Origin: Minisyncoccota bacterium
Lineage (GTDB): Bacteria > Patescibacteriota > Minisyncoccia > Phycocordibacterales > Phycocordibacteraceae
Direction: 5' to 3'
DNA length: 50,440 bases
Assembly (NCBI GenBank): GCA_041660025.1
Contig: JBAZXD010000001.1
Coordinates: 106,059-156,498, forward strand
Positions within the stretch are counted from its first letter, which is position 1, and every line of letters begins with the position of its first letter. Shown here piece after piece: positions 9,097 to 17,819 of this stretch. The notes below the pieces were generated by a model. That model did not search any database. It was not told the origin of the DNA and saw nothing but the letters and a program-made list of their open reading frames with translations. The position numbers and the translations under genes are program-made.

Positions 9097-9633
9097 TCAG
9101 AGCGTGCGGTGGCGGAAGGTGCGGCGGAGGTAGGGCATCGCATAGCGGTCGAGACCCCAGTGTCCCGCGACGCGGTGTGCGAGCATTATGCCGAGCGCGA
9201 GCACGAGAAGGATAGGATTCACGCTCACCGTGCCGGCGAGCAGGAAGTTGAGGTTCATAAAGAAGCCGAAGAACGCGGCAATGGCGGTGAAGAGCCCGAC
9301 GATAAGCCCGAGTCCGACGAGCACCTCGCCGACCGCGATGGCGTTCGCCCAGGCGTTCGCGTGGGGGAGTACGGCGCTCTGGAGGAAGTTTGCATACCAC
9401 ATCTGGACATCCGGGTGGAGACCGCCGGTCTTCCCGAGCGCCCCTTGGACGAACCCCTGGACTGCGGCGCCCGCTTCGCTCCCGAACCACGCCGGGTTCA
9501 CGACCTTATCCCAACCGGCGATGAGCCACTCGTAGCCGAGGTAGAGACGGACGACGAACCAGAGCGGCGCGCTTACCGTACTGGTGGTCAAAACGTGTGC
9601 AAGTGCCGACTGCTGGACAGTGTAGGTATTCAT
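9097..9633 (-). CDS. DoxX/DoxD (TQO-like) family membrane protein
   Basis: VRLYLGYEWLIAGWDK, GEVLVGLGLIVGLFT, MNLNFLLAGTVSVNP. Confidence 0.85.
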   Translation of the reverse strand: MNTYTVQQSALAHVLTTSTVSAPLWFVVRLYLGYEWLIAGWDKVVNPAWFGSEAGAAVQGFVQGALGKTGGLHPDVQMWYANFLQSAVLPHANAWANAIAVGEVLVGLGLIVGLFTAIAAFFGFFMNLNFLLAGTVSVNPILLVLALGIMLAHRVAGHWGLDRYAMPYLRRTFRHRTL

Positions 9634-9721
9634 ATTTTCATTCTAAGGTACGGAGCACAGAATGAAAGCCGTGCCTGTGGAGTACGAGAGAGATGTGTGC
9701 ATGCGGTGCTACAGTGTCCGT

Positions 9722-10249
9722 ATGACGGATAGTCAGCCGACTCGCCTGCACAAGAGGATCGGCATTTTAATACTCGGGCATCTAGGCAATTTTTTGATGG
9801 TGTACGGATATGACTTTGTCGTCTATCCCTACCTCCTCGTGACTTTCGGATTTCTCCTCGGGTGGCTGTACGCGGTGATCGGGTCAATTGTCCTCTGTCT
9901 CGGGACGCTCTGGTTCTACGACGTGACGAAACAAGATTGGCTCGGCATCGAGACCATCAAGCTTCTTCGAGACGAACAGGCGGTGGGGAGGGCCAGGAAG
10001 CTTTTTCAACGCATCATTACGAAAAGCGACGTGCTGGCCTTTCTGCTCCTCAGCATCAAGTACGACCCGTTCATTGTCACGGTGTATATGCGGCGCGGGA
10101 GCGGGAATCACGTGATGTCCGCCCGAGACTGGAAAGTCTTTTGGGCAAGCATCGTCGTCACGAACGTGTGGTGGGGGCTGGCCATCTTCGGCGTCATTGA
10201 GATCTTCGAGAGGTGGCTGATGCCGTGGTACTCTGTTTTTTCGAGCTGA
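9722..10249 (+). CDS. Hypothetical membrane protein
   Basis: Several hydrophobic segments. ATG 9722 follows TG-C-TACAGT by 6 nt; stop is 1 nt before the next ORF. Confidence 0.7.
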   Translation: MTDSQPTRLHKRIGILILGHLGNFLMVYGYDFVVYPYLLVTFGFLLGWLYAVIGSIVLCLGTLWFYDVTKQDWLGIETIKLLRDEQAVGRARKLFQRIITKSDVLAFLLLSIKYDPFIVTVYMRRGSGNHVMSARDWKVFWASIVVTNVWWGLAIFGVIEIFERWLMPWYSVFSS

Positions 10250-10250
10250 T

Positions 10251-11084
10251 ATGAACAGCATACGCGAGATCTTTTCTCCGCTTTTTTTCTGGAAGAACAG
10301 AGCTGGCGATATGTCCGATATGACGACCGCTCCTCTTGAAGCGACGCAAGAGCTTGAGAGACGCAGACGAGACCCGGCATTGCAGAGGGCGGTTGAAGAG
10401 TATCTCCAGGGAGATATCCCCGAGTACTTCAATAACGGCCCGATCTTGTACCTGGCCCGGCATATCGCAACTCCCAATTTCGAAACGCTCCGGTTCAAAT
10501 ATTTAATGGAGCCGCTCGGGATGAAGGCTGTCGTGGGTCAGGACACCAAAGACCTGTTCGTTTCGAACAATCAGGCGAAACGAGCGCTCGGCAAGCTCTC
10601 CATCTGCCGCGGCATTTCGCAGAGCGGCACCCGCCTGAACGAACGATTCGAAAATATCTCGATCATTGATTTCAACACAGCGAATGGCAAGCGCTTTGAT
10701 GCCATCACGACGCTGTGGGGAGAACGGTTGGTCGATTTTCATGCACACTTGTTCTCGAAGTTCACACAGAAGAATACCGAAAGTCCGGATGATGCCGAGT
10801 GGATCGACCGGCACCATCGCGGGGACCTGCTCCAGCACTATAAGGAACTGATGTCCCTGTTCGTGGTCCACGGCATCTTCTTTGAGGACTACCTTATGAA
10901 GGATGCGTACGAAGCTTCCTTCGTCAGACATATCTTGCGTCCCGCGTGTCGCTTTATAGAACAACGTTTCGGTTTTCGTCCGATCATCGTGCCCCTGGTC
11001 CCGAAGACATTCGAGAGTGATCGTTTCTGGGTCAGTTATCCTGAAGAGGTTCTGGATATCGTACGCGAGCGTATGCATACCTAG
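10251..11084 (+). CDS. Hypothetical cytoplasmic protein
   Basis: 277-aa ORF operonic with the upstream gene; no motif recognised. Confidence 0.75.
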   Translation: MNSIREIFSPLFFWKNRAGDMSDMTTAPLEATQELERRRRDPALQRAVEEYLQGDIPEYFNNGPILYLARHIATPNFETLRFKYLMEPLGMKAVVGQDTKDLFVSNNQAKRALGKLSICRGISQSGTRLNERFENISIIDFNTANGKRFDAITTLWGERLVDFHAHLFSKFTQKNTESPDDAEWIDRHHRGDLLQHYKELMSLFVVHGIFFEDYLMKDAYEASFVRHILRPACRFIEQRFGFRPIIVPLVPKTFESDRFWVSYPEEVLDIVRERMHT

Positions 11085-11121
11085 CGTTTGCATACCGCGA
11101 GGATTCATTTACTATTCCTGT

Positions 11122-11265
11122 ATGAAATTCGTTCGTTTGACGAAACTCCCTTTAATCACGCTCATCGTGTGCTTTTTTGCTGCAATCGGGGCGTGCTATT
11201 ACGTGACCATCTACGAAGGATCGGTCTCGGTGGTGTTGCCGGATGAGACGCTATCCCCCCTATGA
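11122..11265 (+). CDS. Small 47-aa signal-peptide-like ORF
   Basis: MKFVRLTKLPLITLIVCFFAAIGACYYVTIYEGSVSVVLPDETLSPL; stop overlaps the kinase start (ATGA). Confidence 0.45.
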   Translation: MKFVRLTKLPLITLIVCFFAAIGACYYVTIYEGSVSVVLPDETLSPL

Positions 11266-12920
11266 TCGAGCGCTTTGCTGACCTCGGCGGAATAGGCCTC
11301 ATTTGTTCCGACTCGATCCCGACCGTGTTCGGGCTCTTGGACCCATCGATCGCTCCGCCCTTTCTCTATTACTCGTACATTCCCATCATCGTCATCGCGC
11401 TCCTCTTCGGCCTGTTCGTTCTCATCGTCAGTCGGGAAACGCTCTCGGGCCGCCTCCTTTTATGGATAGCGATCGTTTTCTCGCTCCTGCTCGCGAGCGA
11501 ACTATTCCTCTGGATCGCCGTGTCGGCGCCGATGGTGCATTTTGTCTGGCAAACCATCATCCTTTTCCATGCGGTGCTTTCGTTCCTGCTCATCTACTTC
11601 ACCCACACATTTCTCACCGGCGGGCCTATGCAAGTCCGTTGGCAATGGCTGATACTCCTTTTCCTCCTTCCGATATTCGTTCTTGCCCCCACGACGCTCA
11701 ACCTCAGCGCGTTCGATCTCGCGAATTGCGAGAGCGTCCAGGGGCCTCTGTGGCTCTATATGTATGCTCTAGAGATCGGTGCGCTCGTCATTTCATTCCT
11801 CCTGTGCATGCGGAAGGGTAAGCAGAGGAAGAATCAGGAAGAATATAAAAAAGCTTTGACCTTGGGGATCGGCATCATCATATTTTTCGGCATTTTTATC
11901 CTGTCGAATATGCTTGGCGACATTACGCTGATCTACAATATAAATCTCTTCGGGCCGCTTGGCATGGTCGCGTTCATCGCGTTCATCGCCTACCTCATAG
12001 TCAAGTATCACGCATTCCATATGCGCGTGCTCGGCGCACAGGCGCTGGTGGGGGCGCTGATAGCGCTCATCTTCGCGGCTTTGTTCGTGCGGACGATCGA
12101 ACACGTCAGGTACATTCTGATAGGCACTCTTGTTTTTGTGATCATCCTCGGCATCTTACTGATACGAAGCGTGAAGCGGGAGGTAGAACAGCGGGAACGG
12201 ATCGAGAAGCTCGCCGGAGAGTTGCAGACGACCAATGAGCGGCAGAATACGCTCCTCCACTTTATCGGACATGAGGTGAAAGGATTCCTGACCAAGGATG
12301 CGGGAGTCTTCGCTTCGCTCTCCGAGAGCGATTTCGGCGCGTTATCGGAAGCGCAGAAGACGTTTATCGATCGCGCGCTCGTGGAGACGCGCCACGGCGT
12401 CGACTCGGTGGAGAATATCCTCAAAGCCTCGAACCTGAAGAAGGGAACCGTGACCTACACGAAGGCACCCTTCGACCTTAAGGCGCTTGCGGCGGAGGCG
12501 GTCGAGAAGGCGCGTCCGGCGGCGAAGCTGAAGGGGCTCGAGCTTACCTTTACCGCCGACGAGTCGTCGTATCAGATGACCGGAGACAGAGCACAGATCA
12601 ACGACCACGTACTCCGCAACATCATCGACAATTCCATCAATTACACCCCTGCGGGCTCGGTCGCCGTCGCGCTCAAGAAGGATGCCGGGAAGTTGATATT
12701 CAGCGTCAAGGATACCGGCATCGGCATCACCGACGAAGACAAAAAGCGGCTCTTTACCGAGGGTGGCCACGGCAAGGATTCGCAGAGAGTGAACGTCCAT
12801 TCCACCGGCTACGGCCTCTACATCGCGAAGCAGATCGCAGAGGCCAATGAAGGCACTATCCGCGCCGAATCAGGAGGGGAGGGCAAGGGTTCGACTTTCA
12901 TCGTAGAATTTTCGGTCTAA
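11262..12920 (+). CDS. Sensor histidine kinase with 7TM-type N-terminal region
   Basis: Multiple TM helices; H-box FIGHEVKGF, N-box NIIDNSINY, DTGIG and GYGL G-boxes. Confidence 0.93.
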   Translation: MIERFADLGGIGLICSDSIPTVFGLLDPSIAPPFLYYSYIPIIVIALLFGLFVLIVSRETLSGRLLLWIAIVFSLLLASELFLWIAVSAPMVHFVWQTIILFHAVLSFLLIYFTHTFLTGGPMQVRWQWLILLFLLPIFVLAPTTLNLSAFDLANCESVQGPLWLYMYALEIGALVISFLLCMRKGKQRKNQEEYKKALTLGIGIIIFFGIFILSNMLGDITLIYNINLFGPLGMVAFIAFIAYLIVKYHAFHMRVLGAQALVGALIALIFAALFVRTIEHVRYILIGTLVFVIILGILLIRSVKREVEQRERIEKLAGELQTTNERQNTLLHFIGHEVKGFLTKDAGVFASLSESDFGALSEAQKTFIDRALVETRHGVDSVENILKASNLKKGTVTYTKAPFDLKALAAEAVEKARPAAKLKGLELTFTADESSYQMTGDRAQINDHVLRNIIDNSINYTPAGSVAVALKKDAGKLIFSVKDTGIGITDEDKKRLFTEGGHGKDSQRVNVHSTGYGLYIAKQIAEANEGTIRAESGGEGKGSTFIVEFSV

Positions 12921-12947
12921 ATACAAAGGATGATAGGATGAATTCCT

Positions 12948-14732
12948 ATGCTTCCTGAGAAGAAAAAACCGGCGCGCGTGAGAGCGGTGCTTCGCGCGTA
13001 CGGCAGGGCCGCGCTCGCGTACCCCTGGGCGCTGGGCGCGGCAGTTATTGCCGCGATAACGATCGAGGCGGCGGGAGTCGTCGCGCCGCTGTTCCTGCGC
13101 CAGTTCATTAACCTGCTTTCGGGCGGCACGCCGACCGCGGAGGTTGTCAGGGCGATTTTTCTGGCGCTCCTGTTCTTCTCGGCGGTCAATCTGGTCGGGT
13201 GGCTCGGCCAGAGGCTGCGCCTCTACGCGGTTAACCGTCTCGAATCGAGGACGATGGTCGACCTCTACCAAAGCTCCTTCGAGTATCTGCTCGGACACGC
13301 GCACGAATTCTTCATTTCGAATTTTACCGGTACGCTGACCCGCCGTGTGACGCGGTATGCACGCTCGTTCGAACAGGTGTTCGATAATTTCCTGTTCAAT
13401 TTCTTTCCCGCATTCATATTCGCCATCGGTATCATCGGCGTGCTCTCTCTGCGCAGCCCGCTCCTCGGGGCGGGGCTCCTGGTGTGGACGATAGTGTTCG
13501 TCTATCTGCAATTCAAGATGATGCTCCGGCGCCAGCCCTTGCGCATCGCACGCACCGAGGAGGACAGTCGCGTGACCGGTTTCCTTTCTGACGCGGTGCT
13601 CAATCATTCGACTATCACCACCTTTGCCGCCCTAGAGTTCGAGCGTACGCGCTTCGCGGAGACGATCAAGCGGTGGTACCGGGCGCTGATGCGCGTGTGG
13701 AATGCCGACGTCTGGGTCTACGGCATCCAAGGGCTCCTCGCTATTGGCATCGAATTCGCCCTTCTTGCCGGCGCGATAGTGCTCTGGCAGAAGGGTCTCG
13801 TGACGGTCGGCGACTTCGTGCTCATCCAGATCTATATTCTCGGTCTTTTCAATCGTATCTGGAGTATCGGACAGAATATGCGCCAGCTCTACGACGCCTT
13901 CGCCGACGCGACCGAGATGCTCGACATTATGGAACTGCCGCACGGGATCCAGGACGCGCCGGGCGCTCCGTCGCTTCAGGCGCGCGAGGGAGCGATCGTC
14001 TTCGACCGCGTGCGCTTCGAATACCACGACGGCCACGAAGTGCTCAGGGATTTCAGCCTTACGATACAACCGCGCGAGAAAGTGGCGCTTATCGGCTCCT
14101 CTGGCGCGGGCAAGACGACCATCGCGAAGCTCCTCCTGCGCCTCTATGACGTGAGTAGCGGCACTATCAGCATCGACGGCCAGGATATATCGCGCGTGAC
14201 GCAGGAGAGCCTGCGCTCTTCGATCGCGTTCGTCCCGCAGGAGCCGATGCTCTTCCATCGTTCGCTCCTCGATAACATCCGCTACGGTCGGCAGGATGCC
14301 ACCGACGACGAGGTCATCGAGGCGGCGCGGGAAGCGCACTGCCACGAGTTCATCAGTCAGTACCCCGAAGGGTTCCATACGATGGTCGGCGAGCGCGGCG
14401 TGAAGCTCTCGGGCGGCGAACGCCAGCGGGTCGCCATCGCGCGCGCCATCCTGAAGGACGCGCCCATCCTCGTCTTGGATGAGGCGACCTCGAGCCTCGA
14501 TTCCGAATCCGAACGGCTCATCCAGGACGCGCTCCTGCGGCTGATGAAAGGGAAGACGGTCATCGCTATCGCGCACCGGCTCTCGACCGTGATGCATATG
14601 GACCGCCTCATCGTGATGGAGAAGGGCGCTGTCGTCCTCTCCGGTACGCACGACGAACTGCTCGCGCACGAGAGTAATCTCTACAAGAAGCTCTGGGAGA
14701 TCCAGGCGGGCGGCTTCATCCGGAAGGATTGA
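12948..14732 (+). CDS. ABC exporter, fused permease/ATP-binding (MdlB/MsbA-like)
   Basis: TM domain plus [30 protein letters not shown]. Confidence 0.95.
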   Translation: MLPEKKKPARVRAVLRAYGRAALAYPWALGAAVIAAITIEAAGVVAPLFLRQFINLLSGGTPTAEVVRAIFLALLFFSAVNLVGWLGQRLRLYAVNRLESRTMVDLYQSSFEYLLGHAHEFFISNFTGTLTRRVTRYARSFEQVFDNFLFNFFPAFIFAIGIIGVLSLRSPLLGAGLLVWTIVFVYLQFKMMLRRQPLRIARTEEDSRVTGFLSDAVLNHSTITTFAALEFERTRFAETIKRWYRALMRVWNADVWVYGIQGLLAIGIEFALLAGAIVLWQKGLVTVGDFVLIQIYILGLFNRIWSIGQNMRQLYDAFADATEMLDIMELPHGIQDAPGAPSLQAREGAIVFDRVRFEYHDGHEVLRDFSLTIQPREKVALIGSSGAGKTTIAKLLLRLYDVSSGTISIDGQDISRVTQESLRSSIAFVPQEPMLFHRSLLDNIRYGRQDATDDEVIEAAREAHCHEFISQYPEGFHTMVGERGVKLSGGERQRVAIARAILKDAPILVLDEATSSLDSESERLIQDALLRLMKGKTVIAIAHRLSTVMHMDRLIVMEKGAVVLSGTHDELLAHESNLYKKLWEIQAGGFIRKD

Positions 14733-14744
14733 TTGTCTGAATGA

Positions 14745-14873
14745 GGTGCGTTTGATAGTGTGTCGAGAGTGCCGGGCGGATTGCCGCTGTAAGCGTTGCT
14801 TGCACGCTTCCACCCGGCTCGTTCGGAGAGTGTGGGAATGAGTGCAGACACTCGTTCCCACACTTCCTCACTC
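14745..14873 (+). ncRNA. Structured tRNA-leader element A
   Basis: Hairpins AAGCGT-TGCTTGC-ACGCTT and GTGTGGGAATGAGTG/CACTCGTTCCCACAC; homologous to 19661-19783; abuts tRNA +1. Confidence 0.65.
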
Positions 14874-14948
14874 GCCGGTGTAGTTCAAGAGTTAGAACGA
14901 GGGACTCATAAACCCTAGACGGTGGCGCGACTCCACCCACCGGCACCA
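14874..14948 (+). tRNA. tRNA with CAT anticodon (elongator Met, or Ile2), CCA encoded
   Basis: GCCGGTG/CACCGGC acceptor, GTTC/GAAC D stem, loop CTCATAA, GGTGG/CCACC T stem with atypical loop CGCGACT, ends ACCA. Confidence 0.88.
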
Positions 14949-14970
14949 TAAGAGTCGTACACGACATTTT

Positions 14971-15092
14971 CGGGAGAGTTTGATAGGATGGCGGAACGAG
15001 GTCTTCGGGTGTCCACGGTCGTAATCCTAAGAAGGATTGCGCCCGCTGCGCTCGGAAAAAGTGAAAGCAGAATCTCACTTTGTTCCTCGCTT
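14971..15092 (+). ncRNA. Structured tRNA-leader element B (divergent)
   Basis: Shares GTTTGATAG and terminal TTCCTCRCT with element A; hairpins GTAATCCT/AGGATTGC and AAAGTGA/TCACTTT. Confidence 0.5.
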
Positions 15093-15166
15093 GCGGTCGT
15101 AGCTCAACTGGTTAGAGCATCCGCCTGTCACGCGGAAGGTTGCCGGTTCAAGTCCGGTCGACCGCG
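15093..15166 (+). tRNA. tRNA-Asp(GTC)
   Basis: GCGGTCG/CGACCGC acceptor, CCGC-CTGTCAC-GCGG anticodon arm, GGTTCAAGTCC T arm. Confidence 0.96.
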
Positions 15167-15172
15167 CATCAA

Positions 15173-15207
15173 TAAAAACCGACGGTCCCCGGGACCGTCG
15201 GTTTTTA
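15173..15207. terminator. Intrinsic terminator
   Basis: TAAAAACCGACGGTCCC-C-GGGACCGTCGGTTTTTA. Confidence 0.88.
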
Positions 15208-15217
15208 TATCCCCAGG

Positions 15218-15248
15218 TTGACGAGAATACCCCCTAGGGGTATTCTCG
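15218..15248 (+). promoter_or_regulatory. Sigma70-type promoter with CsoR operator
   Basis: TTGACG-17-TATTCT overlapped by palindrome CGAGAATACCCC-CTA-GGGGTATTCTCG, a C-tract/G-tract pattern typical of CsoR operators. Confidence 0.85.
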
Positions 15249-15253
15249 GGGGT

Positions 15254-15517
15254 ATGACCGTACCCAAAGCAAAATTGGTCCGCCGGCTCAAGATCATCGA
15301 GGGCCAGGTGCGCGGACTGCAGGAACTGATCGAGAAAGACACGTACTGCATCGACGTTATTACCCAGACCTCCGCGGTGAAGCAGGCGCTCTCCGGCATT
15401 GAGGATGTGCTGATGGAGAACCATCTCGGCACCTGCGTCGTCCACCAGATGAAAAAGGGGAAGGAGCGCACCGCCATCGGCGAGATACTGAAGGTATATA
15501 ACCTCAAGCGCAGATAA
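15254..15517 (+). CDS. csoR: Copper-sensing repressor, CsoR family
   Basis: RLKIIEGQVRGL, YCIDV, ENHLGTC (Cys-His-Cys ligands). Confidence 0.92.
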   Translation: MTVPKAKLVRRLKIIEGQVRGLQELIEKDTYCIDVITQTSAVKQALSGIEDVLMENHLGTCVVHQMKKGKERTAIGEILKVYNLKRR

Positions 15518-15521
15518 TCGT

Positions 15522-17816
15522 ATGCAGACTCGCACGTACCGGGTACGAGGAATGCACTGCGCGTCCTGTGCGAGTATTATCGAGAAATCGTTGAAAAAGG
15601 TGGCGGGCGTGCATGCAATCGAAGTGAATCCCGGCACCGAGGCGGCAAAAATTTCATACGATGAAACGACAACGAGTCCGGAACAACTGTCGAAGATTAT
15701 CGAACCGCTTGGGTATTCGCTCGTGGTTGCAAAGGAGCGGTCTGCAACAGAAATGGGGATGTCGGCCGATGCGCATGCGGCGCATCTCGGGCTGAATCAG
15801 ACGAAAGAAGAGAAATTGGCCGAGCTCGCGGATATGAAATGGAAAGTTATTTCCGCTCTGCCGCTCGCCGTGTTCAGCGCCATCATTTTAGGATGGGATA
15901 TGTCCGTGCAATTCGAGCTGGTACCGGACATGCCGTACGTGTGGAGCGAATTTTTCCATCATCTTTTGCCGCTTTTCGCGACCTATATGCTGTTCGTGGT
16001 CGGGAAGCCGTACCTGCTCGGCCTGTACCGGTTCTTGCGTCACGGGACCGCGAATATGGATACGCTCATCGGACTCGGCACCTTGGCCGCGTATCTGTAC
16101 AGCTTCGCCGTGACCGCCTTTGAAGGAACGCTGCGTCCGTTCATCGATGTCGACCAGACATACTACGACGTGACGATCATCGTTATCGCGTTCATCGCGC
16201 TCGGCAAATATCTTGAAACGCGCTCCAAATTGAAAACCGGCGATGCTATCGAGAAGCTTTTGAATCTGCAGGCAAAGACCGCGCTCGTCCTGCGAGATGG
16301 AAAAGAAGTCGAGATCCCCATTACCGATGTCGTGCACGGCGACCTGATCATCGTGAAGCCGGCCGGGAAGATCCCGGTCGACGGCGTCGTTACCGAAGGA
16401 GAGTCATACGTCGACGAATCGATGATCTCCGGCGAGCCGATGCCGGTAGAGAAGAAGGAAGGGGAGACGGTCGTCGCCGGAACGCTCAATACGAGCGGTT
16501 CGTTCACGTTTCGGGCGACGAAGGTCGGTTCCGAAACGCTCTTGGCGAACATCATTACTATGGTCGAAGAGGCTCAGGGGAGTAAGGCGCCCATTCAGGC
16601 GCTCGCGGATAGGATATCAAGCGTCTTCGTGCCGACCGTATTAGTCATCGCTTTCCTTTCACTCGGTCTTTGGCTCCTCATCGGGTCGGGGTCGCTCGGA
16701 TTCGCACAGGCGCTCTCTTACGGGCTCGTCTCGTTCGTCGGCGTGCTCGTCATCGCGTGTCCCTGTGCCCTCGGGCTCGCCACGCCGACCGCCATCATCG
16801 TCGGTGTCGGCAAGGGAGCTGGCGAAGGAATACTGGTCAAAGACGCTGCGACGCTCGAGAAACTTCATCAGGTGGACGTCGTGGTGGTGGATAAGACGGG
16901 GACCTTGACCCGCGGCAAGCCGGAGATGGTCGCACTGAAAAATTTTTCAGATAAAAGCGATGCCGATATTATTGCGATCCTCGCATCACTTGAAAATAAA
17001 TCGGAGCATCCGATCGCGCACGCTGTTGTCGCATATGCGAAGGAGAAACATATTCCACTCGTACCCGTCGAGCAGTTCGCGATGCTACAAGGGAAGGGTA
17101 TTACCGGCATCGTCGGCGGGGTCCAGTACCACATCGGGAGCGCCCGGCTCGCGGGAGAACTCGGCGGGAACCTCGCGTCGCTCGAAACAGAGACGAGAGA
17201 GGGGAAGACGCCGGTCATCCTCGCCGCGAGCGGGAACGTGCTTGCCGTCGCGATGGTTGCCGACGCGATAAAGCCGGAAGCGGTCGAGGCGGTCAGGGAT
17301 CTCCACAGGCTAGGCATCAAAGTGGTTATGCTGACCGGAGACGACAAGAACACGGCGCTCGCGATAGCGAAACAAATCGGCATAGACGATGTGGTCGCTG
17401 AGGTTCTGCCGGCAGACAAATTGAATAAAATTAAAGAGTTGCAAGCGGAAGGGAAGGTGGTCGCGATGGCCGGCGACGGCGTGAATGACGCACCGGCGCT
17501 CGCGCAGGCGGACGTGGGAATCGCGATGGCGACCGGTACCGATGTAGCGATAGAGAGCGCGGGCATCACGCTCCTCCACGGCGATATCTCCAAGCTGGTC
17601 AAAGCCATCTCGCTTTCCAAGATGACGATGCGCGGCATCAAGCAAAACCTGTTTTGGGCATTCGTCTATAACATCGTCGGCATTCCGCTCGCGAGCGGGA
17701 TATTCTATCCGTTTTTCGGTTGGCTGCTCTCTCCGGTGTTCGCGGGGCTCGCGATGGCGGCCTCGAGCGTGTCGGTCGTAGGCAACTCGCTTCGGCTTAA
17801 AACCAAGAAATTGTAA
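15522..17816 (+). CDS. copA: Cu(I)-exporting P1B-type ATPase
   Basis: GMHCASC HMA domain, CPCALG, DKTGT, SEHP, GDGVND, YN and MAASS motifs. Confidence 0.96.
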   Translation: MQTRTYRVRGMHCASCASIIEKSLKKVAGVHAIEVNPGTEAAKISYDETTTSPEQLSKIIEPLGYSLVVAKERSATEMGMSADAHAAHLGLNQTKEEKLAELADMKWKVISALPLAVFSAIILGWDMSVQFELVPDMPYVWSEFFHHLLPLFATYMLFVVGKPYLLGLYRFLRHGTANMDTLIGLGTLAAYLYSFAVTAFEGTLRPFIDVDQTYYDVTIIVIAFIALGKYLETRSKLKTGDAIEKLLNLQAKTALVLRDGKEVEIPITDVVHGDLIIVKPAGKIPVDGVVTEGESYVDESMISGEPMPVEKKEGETVVAGTLNTSGSFTFRATKVGSETLLANIITMVEEAQGSKAPIQALADRISSVFVPTVLVIAFLSLGLWLLIGSGSLGFAQALSYGLVSFVGVLVIACPCALGLATPTAIIVGVGKGAGEGILVKDAATLEKLHQVDVVVVDKTGTLTRGKPEMVALKNFSDKSDADIIAILASLENKSEHPIAHAVVAYAKEKHIPLVPVEQFAMLQGKGITGIVGGVQYHIGSARLAGELGGNLASLETETREGKTPVILAASGNVLAVAMVADAIKPEAVEAVRDLHRLGIKVVMLTGDDKNTALAIAKQIGIDDVVAEVLPADKLNKIKELQAEGKVVAMAGDGVNDAPALAQADVGIAMATGTDVAIESAGITLLHGDISKLVKAISLSKMTMRGIKQNLFWAFVYNIVGIPLASGIFYPFFGWLLSPVFAGLAMAASSVSVVGNSLRLKTKKL

Positions 17817-17819
17817 ATT

